A model generated the notes under the pieces. The model was not told where the DNA came from. It ran no database searches and saw nothing but the letters and a program-made list of their open reading frames with translations. A stretch of 38,107 bases of DNA from an uncultured Thermoproteales archaeon (lineage in GTDB: Archaea > Thermoproteota > Thermoprotei > Thermofilales > CAYSTQ01). Below are positions 27,524-36,444 of this stretch, in pieces; within the stretch, counting starts at the first letter, position 1; every line of letters starts with the position of its first letter. The DNA is taken from NCBI GenBank assembly GCA_964433855.1, contig CAYSTQ010000001.1, positions 1 to 38,107 on the forward strand. The letters are read 5' to 3'. Both the position numbers and the translations under genes were made by a program.

Positions 27524-28109
27524 TTAAGATGTCAAAACTCTCCATTTCTTTCAACTCAACATCAAGTAAACTTAACCTCATATTCTCATCCGAATACTCC
27601 GTCTTTAAAACGAGGTCAACGTATTTTTGGAACAATCTCCACATAACAGGTTTATCACGATACTTATCAAAGCAACCACCTAGAAACACATAGAGTTTAT
27701 GTCTTAAAGCTATATTTTTAAGCATAGCTATCTGTTCAGCCAGGAGTCTTTCCGATGCTCCACCAGCGTGAAACGCAAGAGGGCTTGTTAGGAAATAGTA
27801 TAGGGCATTGTCAAACACGACACATTTAATATTGCAGCACGGCCCTGTAAAAAACCTTTGCAGAGAATTGATAACAAGGTACTGCTCCTCGAAACTATCA
27901 ATCCAAATAGTAAAATATTTTTCAACGTCCACACCATAACGGTTAACCCATCTGTCATCAGATAAAAGAAGTATTACTTTTCCTTTATTTCTAAATATTT
28001 CCAGTAAACTCTTTAACACCTCATAACTTGCGTCCTTATACCTACCAGCAATCAATACTAGGGATCCTTCATTAATCCTCACCATCAACCTTCCGTAGGC
28101 TGACTTCAT
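27492..28109 (-). CDS. RecA/KaiC-fold protein with a degenerate Walker A (predicted inactive)
   Basis: GSLVLIAGRYKDASYEVL sits where GxxGxGKT is expected, and KCVVFDNAL is Walker B-like. The gene overlaps the downstream gene by 32 nt. Confidence 0.5.
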   Translation of the reverse strand: MKSAYGRLMVRINEGSLVLIAGRYKDASYEVLKSLLEIFRNKGKVILLLSDDRWVNRYGVDVEKYFTIWIDSFEEQYLVINSLQRFFTGPCCNIKCVVFDNALYYFLTSPLAFHAGGASERLLAEQIAMLKNIALRHKLYVFLGGCFDKYRDKPVMWRLFQKYVDLVLKTEYSDENMRLSLLDVELKEMESFDILIERGGAEDYY

Positions 28110-28124
28110 CCTGAATACCTTAAG

Positions 28125-28607
28125 TTACCCTCTTTTAACAGTATAGAGATACTGAAGAAGTATCCAGGAGAAAAGAACCATGATGCTGCCCACCGCTACT
28201 AGATACGCCGCCCCTCCACGGCTACCCCTACGCGCCGCCTCTATTATCGTTATAAGCCCTAAAGCCCCACTGGCATACGCTATGAAAACTATAGCAAGCT
28301 CGACGTTTGTTTGAAAACTCAACCCATAATAAACCACTCCACTTGCCGACTCCTGAAAAATTATGAAGAGAAGCCCGCTCATAAGTAAAATACAGCTGAT
28401 CAGCAATAACGCTAAAAACAGATTCATGTAAGCCTCGCTGTACAGCTTTTTCTTTAACCTGTTTATAAACGCGAACGCGCCAGGCATCAACGCACCCCTA
28501 CTTAGATACTGTATGAACAAGATCTGCAACGAGGCTAATCTACTTAAGTATTTCGTGGTCTCAGAGAAAGATTTTTGATGCAGTGAAGGCCTAATCACCA
28601 TAAACAT
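28125..28607 (-). CDS. small integral membrane protein (about 3 TM helices)
   Basis: Hydrophobic segments LFLALLLISCILLMSGLLFIIF, VELAIVFIAYASGALGLITII and AAYLVAVGSIMVLFSWILL. The true start may be the internal Met at 28487 or 28427. Confidence 0.5.
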   Translation of the reverse strand: MFMVIRPSLHQKSFSETTKYLSRLASLQILFIQYLSRGALMPGAFAFINRLKKKLYSEAYMNLFLALLLISCILLMSGLLFIIFQESASGVVYYGLSFQTNVELAIVFIAYASGALGLITIIEAARRGSRGGAAYLVAVGSIMVLFSWILLQYLYTVKRG

Positions 28608-28620
28608 AGGGTGTAACGGT

Positions 28621-28812
28621 ATGCCTGAACGAATAATATGCCATAGATGCTCTTTTATCCTTTACGAAGGCGATGAGCCGTTACCGCCGGAGGAAATCGT
28701 CAAAAGATTCGGTGGTAGATGCCCTAGATGCTTAGCAGAACTCTCATACGCCCCTATAACCATAGAGATAAGTAGAACGGAGGAAAGGAAAAGAAAATTG
28801 TTTAGGGGCTAG
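28621..28812 (+). CDS. small zinc-ribbon protein
   Basis: 63 aa with CHRC...CPRC and a basic tail. It ends 14 nt upstream of aglB. Confidence 0.5.
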   Translation: MPERIICHRCSFILYEGDEPLPPEEIVKRFGGRCPRCLAELSYAPITIEISRTEERKRKLFRG

Positions 28813-28825
28813 AAGGGGATGATGC

Positions 28826-30991
28826 ATGAAGACCGCGAAGAGGATACTTGGCGATCTTGGGCGGCGACTACTTAGACTATTTGAATATTTTGGAGACGAC
28901 AAAACCATAGTTATCGTGGCTGTTACCATATGCTTCATCGTGGCGTTATTTCTAAGAATAATGCCGATGAGATGGGGTATTTACCTGACCGAGTTCGATC
29001 CATACTATGAATATTATCTGTCGCATTTAGTGGCTTCAAAGGGCTGGGCGGGGATAGCATGGTGGTTTGAATGGTGGTTTGAGCCGCACCATGCCAAAGA
29101 CACCCTTTTCTGGTACCCGTATGGCCGTGACCTTAGACGAACCAGCCAGCCCGGATCAGCGCTTACTTCAGCTACCATATACCTGATACTTAGAAGCCTA
29201 AACATAAACACGGATTTATACACGATACACGCCTTCGTCCCAGCGGTTTTCGCCGCCATAGCCGTACCTATAATGTACCTGCTTACTAAAAAAATACACT
29301 CTAAGGCCGCTGGCATACTAGCAGCACTTATAGTCGCTATAAGCCCAGCGTATCTAGCTAGAACAACGCTTGGAGGAAAGCATGAAGGCGTAGCAATACC
29401 TTTTATGCTTTTAGGCTTATACCTGTTCATCCGCGCCTTTGAAGGAAACATGCTCTGGGCTTTCATATCTGGCTTATCGATGAGCATGGTCGTCCTAGCA
29501 TGGGGCGGCTACATATATCCCTGGAACTTACTCGCATTATATGTGTTAGTAATGATAGCGATAGGGCAGGGACAGAAAGTAGCTAAACAATATTTAGTTA
29601 CCAACCTGATTATGACGCTCTTCATAGCGATAACGCCCCGGTTCGGTTGGCGAGTCGCCTTCCTAAGCGCTTATGGCCTGCTTCCAATGGTGACAAATAT
29701 AGCTTCACTGGCTCTATTAGTTAGAAGCTTCTTACCCGAAATAAGGCTTAGCCGCCGACACGTAACCGCTTTAGCAATAATTAGCTTAGTCGCCGGAGTC
29801 ACTGCTTGGCAACTAGGTTTGTTACAGGGCCCCGCCGGAAGGATATTATCCATAATATACCCGGTGGCAAGAAGCGCCATAATAGAGTCTGTTGGTGAAC
29901 ACAGAATACCCACGTGGGCTATGCTATACACGGACTATCAGATATTCGCGATATTCTTCCTGGCCGGCATATACGTCTTCGTGAAAAGACGGCAGCCTAC
30001 AGATATATTAGCCTTAATTTTCGCTATAACCACCTTGTATCCAGCCATGTCATTTGCTAGGCTAAGCCTAGTTTTCACCCCAGCGCTAGCAATGACGGCG
30101 TCAACAGGATTCTGCGAAATTTTTGAAGCTGCTGGTCAAGCTCTTTCAGAAAGAGAGCTCGGAAAAAGGCGTAAAACGTCGCCTCGCATAAGAAAGGAGC
30201 CGTTCATAGTGGCTTTAGCGTTAATATCCCTGATAACTCTTCCCTCCATTACTAACCAGCTACCGGTGCTCTATGGTCATCAACCCGCCTTAATTCTAAG
30301 TTCAGGCTTCTCAGTATCCGCATACAATTACCAATACGTGGACTGGCTCTCAGCACTTGAATGGATGCATGAAAACCTGCCAAAGGACGCGGTGATAGCT
30401 TGCTGGTGGGATTACGGCTACTGGATAGCTGTCAACACGAATAGAAGCACCCTAGCAGACAATGGAACACTAAACACGACACAGATAGCCCAGATAGCTA
30501 GGGCTTTCCTATCGCCTGAGGATAAGGCCGTAGAAATATTTAGGAAGTACAACGTGACGCACGTCGTCGTTTTTGAGCCGTTTAGGAGCTTGCCACTATC
30601 ATACTTAGGCTCATCCTACTATCCTGATCCTAGAGGTTATGGAGACTTTGGCAAAAGTTATTGGATGGCTAGAATAGCGGGCCTCGACCCGTCAAAGTAT
30701 CAGACAACAGCAACTATCGAGTATCAGGGATACCGTTTAAGATTCCTGGTACCAGCAAACACCCCTGAAGCCGGAAACGCTACACTGTACAAGCTTCTAT
30801 TTACTAAAACGGATACGCGTAGAAGCTTCATTTTCGAGCCTCTACCCCCGTATTTAGGCGGCAAGATACCGGGTTACCGCGGCCCACAGATAAAGATACC
30901 ACAGCCACAGTACTTTAAACTGGTTTACGCTTCACAACCCAACGAATGGGTGCTTGTATTCGAAGTTCTTTACAATGAAACGAAACGATAA
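28826..30991 (+). CDS. aglB: archaeal oligosaccharyltransferase AglB (STT3 family)
   Basis: A multi-TM N-terminal half and the WWDYGYWI (WWDYG) catalytic motif. Confidence 0.93.
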   Translation: MKTAKRILGDLGRRLLRLFEYFGDDKTIVIVAVTICFIVALFLRIMPMRWGIYLTEFDPYYEYYLSHLVASKGWAGIAWWFEWWFEPHHAKDTLFWYPYGRDLRRTSQPGSALTSATIYLILRSLNINTDLYTIHAFVPAVFAAIAVPIMYLLTKKIHSKAAGILAALIVAISPAYLARTTLGGKHEGVAIPFMLLGLYLFIRAFEGNMLWAFISGLSMSMVVLAWGGYIYPWNLLALYVLVMIAIGQGQKVAKQYLVTNLIMTLFIAITPRFGWRVAFLSAYGLLPMVTNIASLALLVRSFLPEIRLSRRHVTALAIISLVAGVTAWQLGLLQGPAGRILSIIYPVARSAIIESVGEHRIPTWAMLYTDYQIFAIFFLAGIYVFVKRRQPTDILALIFAITTLYPAMSFARLSLVFTPALAMTASTGFCEIFEAAGQALSERELGKRRKTSPRIRKEPFIVALALISLITLPSITNQLPVLYGHQPALILSSGFSVSAYNYQYVDWLSALEWMHENLPKDAVIACWWDYGYWIAVNTNRSTLADNGTLNTTQIAQIARAFLSPEDKAVEIFRKYNVTHVVVFEPFRSLPLSYLGSSYYPDPRGYGDFGKSYWMARIAGLDPSKYQTTATIEYQGYRLRFLVPANTPEAGNATLYKLLFTKTDTRRSFIFEPLPPYLGGKIPGYRGPQIKIPQPQYFKLVYASQPNEWVLVFEVLYNETKR

Positions 30992-31000
30992 AAAATCCGT

Positions 31001-31022
31001 AGCCTAAATTTTTAGGCTTTTT
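31001..31022. terminator. bidirectional hairpin plus T-tract terminator candidate between aglB and nop10
   Basis: AGCCTAAA-TT-TTTAGGCT is followed by TTTT on the plus strand and by ACGGATTTTTT on the minus strand. Confidence 0.6.
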
Positions 31023-31191
31023 AACAATCACCGTATTTAAGTATTCTACGATACCTGCCGTATTTATCAACGGGGGAAAACCTGCTAGGATGAGGTATTT
31101 TAACAGGAGCCCCGCACTCAGGACACCTTTCCCTTTTTAAAGTATACCTACCGCATAGAGAACATTTACGTAAAAGCCATCCTGAAGGCAT
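31021..31191 (-). CDS. nop10: H/ACA RNP protein Nop10 (56 aa, absent from the ORF track)
   Basis: Hand translation gives MPSGWLLRKCSLCGRYTLKRERCPECGAPVKIPHPSRFSPVDKYGRYRRILKYGDC. This contains the Nop10 pattern C-x2-C..YTL...CP-x-CG...HP.RFSP.DKY. It starts 5 nt after the aIF2alpha stop. Confidence 0.9.
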   Translation of the reverse strand: MPSGWLLRKCSLCGRYTLKRERCPECGAPVKIPHPSRFSPVDKYGRYRRILKYGDC

Positions 31192-31196
31192 ACCGT

Positions 31197-31997
31197 TCAC
31201 TTTTTAATTCTCTGGAAGTTAACCGAGCACCCGAGTTTTCTCGCCTTATCTGCGACAGAATGTACTATTTCATACATTGCTTTCTCAGCTATTTTGTAGT
31301 CTGGCGCTATCAAATCAATCTTATATCTAGGGGCGCCTTCAGTATAGATTCTAATTTTCACGTCCTTAAACTTTCTAGCCGCCTCAACCCCGGTAAGCAA
31401 TGCATCCTTGATACGTTTAACCCCGTCGCTAGCAAGGCTCCTAATGATAAATAACCCGCTTATACTTACCTCAGGCAACTCCACGTAGTTTTTGGCCATT
31501 TCCGCCAGAACCGAAATCCATTCCTTTCTAACCCCGGCCTCCTCGAGGGCCGCTACGCCTCTTCGCGCTGCTTCCTCAAAACCCGCATATATCTCACCGT
31601 AATAATCCTCAAGCTTCCATCCTGCTTCCACATATGCATCGTCAAGAGTTTTTCCAAGCTTTTTCGCGGCCAACGCAAGTAGATTTTCAGCTCTATTCGA
31701 CCGTCTCCACTCAGCTAGTTTGTCACGGCGTTCTGAATCAGCCACCCTTCTAAGGGATACGTCAACATGTCTTCTAACAGGGTCCACACGTATTACTTTA
31801 AAAACCCTTTTCTGGCCCTCTTTCAAAACCTCCCTTATGCTTTTAAACCACGACTTAGTCACTTCCCCCAGAGGACAGAAAGCCTCTAACCCGTTGTACT
31901 CGTCTAGGCTCACGAAAGCTCCATGCTCAAATATTTTGGTTACTGTTCCTATAACAAGCTCTCCGTACTTAGGTAGAGGATTACGTTTCCTAACCAA
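31197..31997 (-). CDS. eif2a: translation initiation factor aIF2 alpha subunit
   Basis: S1 domain GELVIGTVTKIFEHGAFVSLDEYNGLEAFCPLGEV. The 266-aa length is typical. Confidence 0.93.
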   Translation of the reverse strand: MVRKRNPLPKYGELVIGTVTKIFEHGAFVSLDEYNGLEAFCPLGEVTKSWFKSIREVLKEGQKRVFKVIRVDPVRRHVDVSLRRVADSERRDKLAEWRRSNRAENLLALAAKKLGKTLDDAYVEAGWKLEDYYGEIYAGFEEAARRGVAALEEAGVRKEWISVLAEMAKNYVELPEVSISGLFIIRSLASDGVKRIKDALLTGVEAARKFKDVKIRIYTEGAPRYKIDLIAPDYKIAEKAMYEIVHSVADKARKLGCSVNFQRIKK

Positions 31998-32010
31998 AAT
32001 TTATCACCGA

Positions 32011-32220
32011 TCACTCTAGAACCCTAATCACCTTAGCGAGAACCTCGGCCTTTCCACCCGTAGGCCTGGCGAGAACACGGCCACACACTATACACGGGAC
32101 CTCTGTTGACGCGTGATCAAATATTACTTGCTGATTCTCACATTCAACACATTGAACCAGTAAAAACCTGCTTTTAGGCTCAGGTATGAGTATCTTACGC
32201 TTCTTCAATATGTTGCTCAC
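32011..32220 (-). CDS. rps27e: 30S ribosomal protein eS27
   Basis: VQCVECENQQVIFDHASTEVPCIVCGRVLARPTGGKA zinc ribbon. Confidence 0.92.
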   Translation of the reverse strand: MSNILKKRKILIPEPKSRFLLVQCVECENQQVIFDHASTEVPCIVCGRVLARPTGGKAEVLAKVIRVLE

Positions 32221-32507
32221 CTCCTAGTGACCTCCACGATCTCCAGCCTCTTCAACCTTATACCTTCACTATGTCTCGTATACCCGCACTGGCTACATTT
32301 AAGCTTAAGAACCTGCTTCTTGGTCACTTTAGCGGTTCTTTTCTGCTCAGGCTTTCTCTTTGATCCATAACCCTTCTTCTTAAGCGCATAGCGTCGTTCC
32401 CCCTCCGCTACACTTCTACGCTTACCTGGTTTGTAGAGCGACACTGTATGGATAGTGTGTGCCCTACACCGTGGGCAATAGGTACGTATCCTTCTCGGAA
32501 CCTTCAT
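32217..32507 (-). CDS. rpl44e: 50S ribosomal protein eL42 (L44e)
   Basis: MKVPRRIRTYCPRCRAHTIHTVSLYKPGKRRSVAEGERRYALKKKGYGS. Confidence 0.92.
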   Translation of the reverse strand: MKVPRRIRTYCPRCRAHTIHTVSLYKPGKRRSVAEGERRYALKKKGYGSKRKPEQKRTAKVTKKQVLKLKCSQCGYTRHSEGIRLKRLEIVEVTRR

Positions 32508-32582
32508 TATCCATCCCTCACGAACTACTTAGAACCTAGTTGGAAAATCTTTCTTAAAAACTTGCCGTCAGCTACTCCCGTA

Positions 32583-33131
32583 TCACCCAGGGCTTTCAGC
32601 AACACCACTATCTATAAGCCGTTCAGCGTCTTCACTGGGAAGAACAGCTATATCTTCCGGGGAAAAGGGGCCATATATCCGGCCATCGGTAGCTATGAAA
32701 GGAGGATGAGGCTTTTTAAAAAACACGAGAACTCCCTCCTTACCTTTCTTAGATCCTTCTATTTTCGAAGACTTCTTAATCCCGCCTTCCTGAAAAGCCT
32801 CGATAACTCTTAATATTAATTCGAAAACCTCTATTTCCTGCGGAGCTAATAACCCTCTATCAACAGCACGGCCCTCAGACACCAAATCTAGCAACTTCCT
32901 AAGACGGATGCAGAAAAAGTCGGTTAAAACCTTTTTAAGCATCTCAGCCTCTAAACGCTTAACACTATTCTCCAATTCGTCCCCTACAGTCCCCGACTTT
33001 AAATCGGAGATATAGCTAACAGCTCTCTGGTAGAAATCCTTAGGAATCTGAACCAGCTCTTGGCTTTCTCTTTCCTCTCGCCACCTAAATATTATTTCCT
33101 CCCCAGTACTTTCATTACCCTGAAGCGCCAA
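32583..33131 (-). CDS. GINS subunit, Gins51/Gins15 type (A domain then B domain)
   Basis: Helical N-terminal WREERESQELVQIPKDFYQRA... and a small C-terminal beta domain VLVFFKKPHPPFIATDGRIYGPFSPEDIAVLPSEDAERLIDSGVA. It lies next to priS, as described for Sulfolobus gins15. Confidence 0.75.
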   Translation of the reverse strand: MALQGNESTGEEIIFRWREERESQELVQIPKDFYQRAVSYISDLKSGTVGDELENSVKRLEAEMLKKVLTDFFCIRLRKLLDLVSEGRAVDRGLLAPQEIEVFELILRVIEAFQEGGIKKSSKIEGSKKGKEGVLVFFKKPHPPFIATDGRIYGPFSPEDIAVLPSEDAERLIDSGVAESPG

Positions 33132-33183
33132 GACTATACACCGTTAAACAGGAATGCCGATTTACCATAAACCGTTACCAAAC

Positions 33184-34410
33184 TTATATCGTTTTTAACA
33201 AGACTATTTTATCGGGCAAATTACCGATTAAATAAACTGCTATAGGCAACGGCAGCTTGTATCTACCTGACCCCCTACTAAACTCAAAACCAACTATTCT
33301 ACGCGGAGGGTTCCTAACCTCCAGTATCATATGCTCAGACCAGTTAAACACAACGGCATGCTTAACTGGATCGAACATTTCCACCTCATTGCAGCTTATT
33401 CTCGTAACCTTAAACCCCGTCTTACCATGCAGGCTACCGGGTAAACGTATAAGCCTTTTCACGTCTATTGTCACCTTCTCATCTATGTTACATCTGGTTT
33501 TTCTAGCTGCTATCTCTGCTAACCTTGAGATGGTCGCCGGGCCTAAACGGCTTAAACGTTTCTTATCAAGCCCTGTCTGAGTGATAGCCTCAAGTATTAA
33601 ATCTATCTTACCAGTCAACAATTTAATGCTTTGAGAGCGTAAACCAGCCTTAGACAGTTTCTCCTCATCCATTTCCTCTAATACCTCATATATTCCCCTA
33701 GCAATCCTTCCCGGCCAACCGGGTTTCCCTGCGTCTATCACCCCCCAATTATCCAGTAGCTGATACAGATCCAGGCCCTGACCCAGCAAATAATCCGCGA
33801 TCTCTCTCCTGCCGTCCTGGGTTAAACCGAGGACCTCATTCTGTTCAACATGTACATGAAAACCTCTATGCCCTGAGAAGGCCACATACATCTCCGATTT
33901 TGATAGGCCGAACTCGTCTATCAAAACATCAAGCAGCTTAAGCACCTCGTCTTTAGCTATCTCAATACATGTTTCACATACCCACGTCTCCTTCTTTATT
34001 CTCTCGCTCCCGCACCTAGGACATTTATCCGGCGGCATCCCAGCCCCAGCTTCCCCGCATGAGAGACAGCTCCACACGTCATGTTGCTTCTTACACGGGG
34101 ACGGTATATGGTCTACATCTATGTCGAAAACAAGGTCAGCGCCAAGCCATTCCTTTCGCTCCATGGTTGGCTCGGCAGGTAATCTATAGTAGGCCGACGA
34201 ATAATAGGCATGCATCGGCGTCCGCGTCTTCATGAATCTGCTCAGCTCCGTAAGTTCGCGAAAGGCAACGTGTCTAATCATTCCCTGGCTGTGAAACAAC
34301 ACGAAACCGAATTCTCTGTTAGGAAGCCTTTTAGGAGGCTCTATCTTATCGGCATTACTCCTATAGTATTCGCTGAACATCTTCCTAAGAAGGCTCTGTT
34401 TGGCTTCCAC
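33184..34410 (-). CDS. priS: DNA primase small (catalytic) subunit PriS
   Basis: DLVFDIDVDH catalytic Asp motif, FSGHRGFHVHV, and zinc knuckle CLSCG...CPRCG. Confidence 0.92.
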   Translation of the reverse strand: MEAKQSLLRKMFSEYYRSNADKIEPPKRLPNREFGFVLFHSQGMIRHVAFRELTELSRFMKTRTPMHAYYSSAYYRLPAEPTMERKEWLGADLVFDIDVDHIPSPCKKQHDVWSCLSCGEAGAGMPPDKCPRCGSERIKKETWVCETCIEIAKDEVLKLLDVLIDEFGLSKSEMYVAFSGHRGFHVHVEQNEVLGLTQDGRREIADYLLGQGLDLYQLLDNWGVIDAGKPGWPGRIARGIYEVLEEMDEEKLSKAGLRSQSIKLLTGKIDLILEAITQTGLDKKRLSRLGPATISRLAEIAARKTRCNIDEKVTIDVKRLIRLPGSLHGKTGFKVTRISCNEVEMFDPVKHAVVFNWSEHMILEVRNPPRRIVGFEFSRGSGRYKLPLPIAVYLIGNLPDKIVLLKTI

Positions 34411-35476
34411 CCCGGCTCACCCTCCTTCCGGCTGTCCGTCTAATAGCCCTAAAATAATATTGAAGCGGATGCTTAACATTCCTGCATTCAGGGGGCTCTC
34501 CTGGACATAGCCCAAAGGTCTTCATATTAGCGCATTTATAAGTGCTATACCTAACTCTAGATCCCCTCAGACCAGCCAGGTGCTCTACTTGATACCTAGT
34601 TATCGACTCATTAAAATCAGGCAATGCCCTAAAGAGCTCCACCACCTCATCTACTTGCCAGCCTATAGACAGAAGAAAAGTCGTCAAAGCGAAACGGCCA
34701 GCGTGCGGAATGTTCTTTCCATTTTTAACTTCCTCAAAAAGAGCCTTTATACAAGGTGGATATCCTCCCTCGCCAACGCTCGCTGCCACCGTCCTGATCT
34801 CCTCTATTTCACGCCTATACCTTGACCATATACGGCTTATCTGCTCTATAGCCTCAGAAACGCTGTCAGGCATCTCCCCAACTATAGTTGTTTGATCAGT
34901 AGCACGGCTAATTATAATCTTCTTCACAGCCTCCTCTATGAGCCGGGCTAGTTCCGCTTTACGAACAAAGACCTTTCCCTTCTCGAGTCTTCTATTAACT
35001 AGTTTCCATTCCTTACTGTGCTGCGGCAGGTTCTCCACATAATCTAAAAAACTTAAAACAAAAAACCTATTTGATCCCCTGGATAAAACCTCGATTTTCC
35101 AACCGAGCGTCCTTGAAGCTATGTATAACAACTTCTCCCAATCCTCATCTCTGAGAAGCCTACCGACCCTTTTTGACTCTGCGACGGCGTATTTATTTAT
35201 CAGATATTTGTCACCTATTAACCTGAGCAATAGTATAGACACTGGAAATGATAATATTTCAACATCTATATCTCCTCCCGCTTCAACGGTAACCTCACGC
35301 CTCTCAATGGCTTCCACGATCCTTTCTACTGCACGCCTAACGATCTCTTTACCAACACCATATCCTAAGTCTTCCAGTGATATAGGGCGGCTTCTAGCGT
35401 ATTCTAAGGCATCTAGAGTAAATGGATATTTAGCCTTGTCCTCAATAGTAAAGAAAGCCTCTATACGTGAAGACAA
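34385..35476 (-). CDS. priL: DNA primase large subunit PriL
   Basis: C-terminal Fe-S domain cysteines (PPCIKAL...YKCANMKTFGLCPGEPPEC) and a conserved position upstream of priS, with a 26-nt overlap. Confidence 0.88.
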   Translation of the reverse strand: MSSRIEAFFTIEDKAKYPFTLDALEYARSRPISLEDLGYGVGKEIVRRAVERIVEAIERREVTVEAGGDIDVEILSFPVSILLLRLIGDKYLINKYAVAESKRVGRLLRDEDWEKLLYIASRTLGWKIEVLSRGSNRFFVLSFLDYVENLPQHSKEWKLVNRRLEKGKVFVRKAELARLIEEAVKKIIISRATDQTTIVGEMPDSVSEAIEQISRIWSRYRREIEEIRTVAASVGEGGYPPCIKALFEEVKNGKNIPHAGRFALTTFLLSIGWQVDEVVELFRALPDFNESITRYQVEHLAGLRGSRVRYSTYKCANMKTFGLCPGEPPECRNVKHPLQYYFRAIRRTAGRRVSRGGSQTEPS

Positions 35477-35487
35477 GGCTCTCGCCG

Positions 35488-36255
35488 CTACGCCTCGACT
35501 CTGGGCGCCAGGAAGTACGTTAACCTGCCTCCGCCAGCTATCTCAAAACCCATCGAAAGAGGTTTATTAGTGGCAAACTCCAGAGACACTATATCCGAAA
35601 GTTTAGTGGCCTTACCTAACATGTCAGACAGGTAGCTTACACTATAGGAAGCTTGGGAGGGCTCATCAACTTCGTACTCTATCAGGGATCCCGTCTCCAC
35701 GGTAAACCTGACCTCAACGTCACCTTTGTCACTGCTGGCCTTAACCACCAGCTCGTTTTCCTCCCCTTTAAACCTAACACTGTCGCTCACTAACTCAGCA
35801 TCTGATATAGCGTCTTTAAGGGTGTCACTAAGCATTTTAGCTCGAGCAGTAAACGTGACCCGTGGCGTTGGAAGCTCCTCACCCGCTATGTCTATAAGGG
35901 GTAAGCTAAACCTTCTTTCAGCCTTGCCTATTATCTTTATAGTCAGCCTATTACCGGACACCTCGAAAGCTATTTTTTCATCAGCTCGGCACCTTTTTAA
36001 TACTTTGTTAAGATCGTCAAAGTTAACACCTATCTTGCTCTCCTCTGAACATTCAAACTCTTCAAAAGCCATGGACGGCAAAGAGAAGTCCACCATGGCT
36101 ATCCTAGATGGATCCAGAGCTCTCAGCCGCAATCCTTCCGGATCTACTATGAAATTAGCTTCGTCGATAAGCGTCGCCAAGCTAGCTACTATATATCGCC
36201 ACTCTCTTGCATCTCCGAATACAAATCTAGCAACGGAGGACATGCCCATCACCAT
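35488..36255 (-). CDS. pcn: DNA polymerase sliding clamp PCNA
   Basis: ARFVFGDAREWRYIVASLATLIDEANFIVDPEGLRLRALDPSRIAMVDFSLP. Candidate ATG starts are at 36255, 36249 and 36243; the TTG at 36267 in the track is less likely. Confidence 0.9.
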   Translation of the reverse strand: MVMGMSSVARFVFGDAREWRYIVASLATLIDEANFIVDPEGLRLRALDPSRIAMVDFSLPSMAFEEFECSEESKIGVNFDDLNKVLKRCRADEKIAFEVSGNRLTIKIIGKAERRFSLPLIDIAGEELPTPRVTFTARAKMLSDTLKDAISDAELVSDSVRFKGEENELVVKASSDKGDVEVRFTVETGSLIEYEVDEPSQASYSVSYLSDMLGKATKLSDIVSLEFATNKPLSMGFEIAGGGRLTYFLAPRVEA

Positions 36256-36286
36256 TTTTAACCTCAAGCCAATAATTTCGAACGCC

Positions 36287-36300
36287 GTATATAAAATAAG
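36287..36300 (-). promoter_or_regulatory. TATA box candidate for the PCNA-primase-GINS operon
   Basis: The minus strand reads CTTATTTTATATAC, 30-45 nt upstream of the PCNA start codons. Confidence 0.5.
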
Positions 36301-36395
36301 TGTTTGCGACAGGATTAACTATATAGTTTAAACCATTCAGAGGCTTTCTCAGACAAATATTAGCTTGCCAGAGACGCTGAGATAGTTCCTCTTTC

Positions 36396-36413
36396 AACTG
36401 AAATATTTCAGTT
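36396..36413. promoter_or_regulatory. 18-nt perfect palindrome (possible operator)
   Basis: AACTGAAATATTTCAGTT equals its own reverse complement. It lies about 100 nt upstream of the PCNA TATA box. Confidence 0.3.
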
Positions 36414-36444
36414 CAAGCCTATCTGAAAACTGTTTATAATAGAT

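Noticed and set aside
35726-36331. A 201-aa ORF antisense to PCNA, and similar long antisense ORFs inside ABCE1 (13174-14394), SRP54, aglB (29014-29487) and alaS.
   Set aside because: These are Ser/Leu/Pro-rich shadow frames opposite confidently identified genes. They have no start-site signals.
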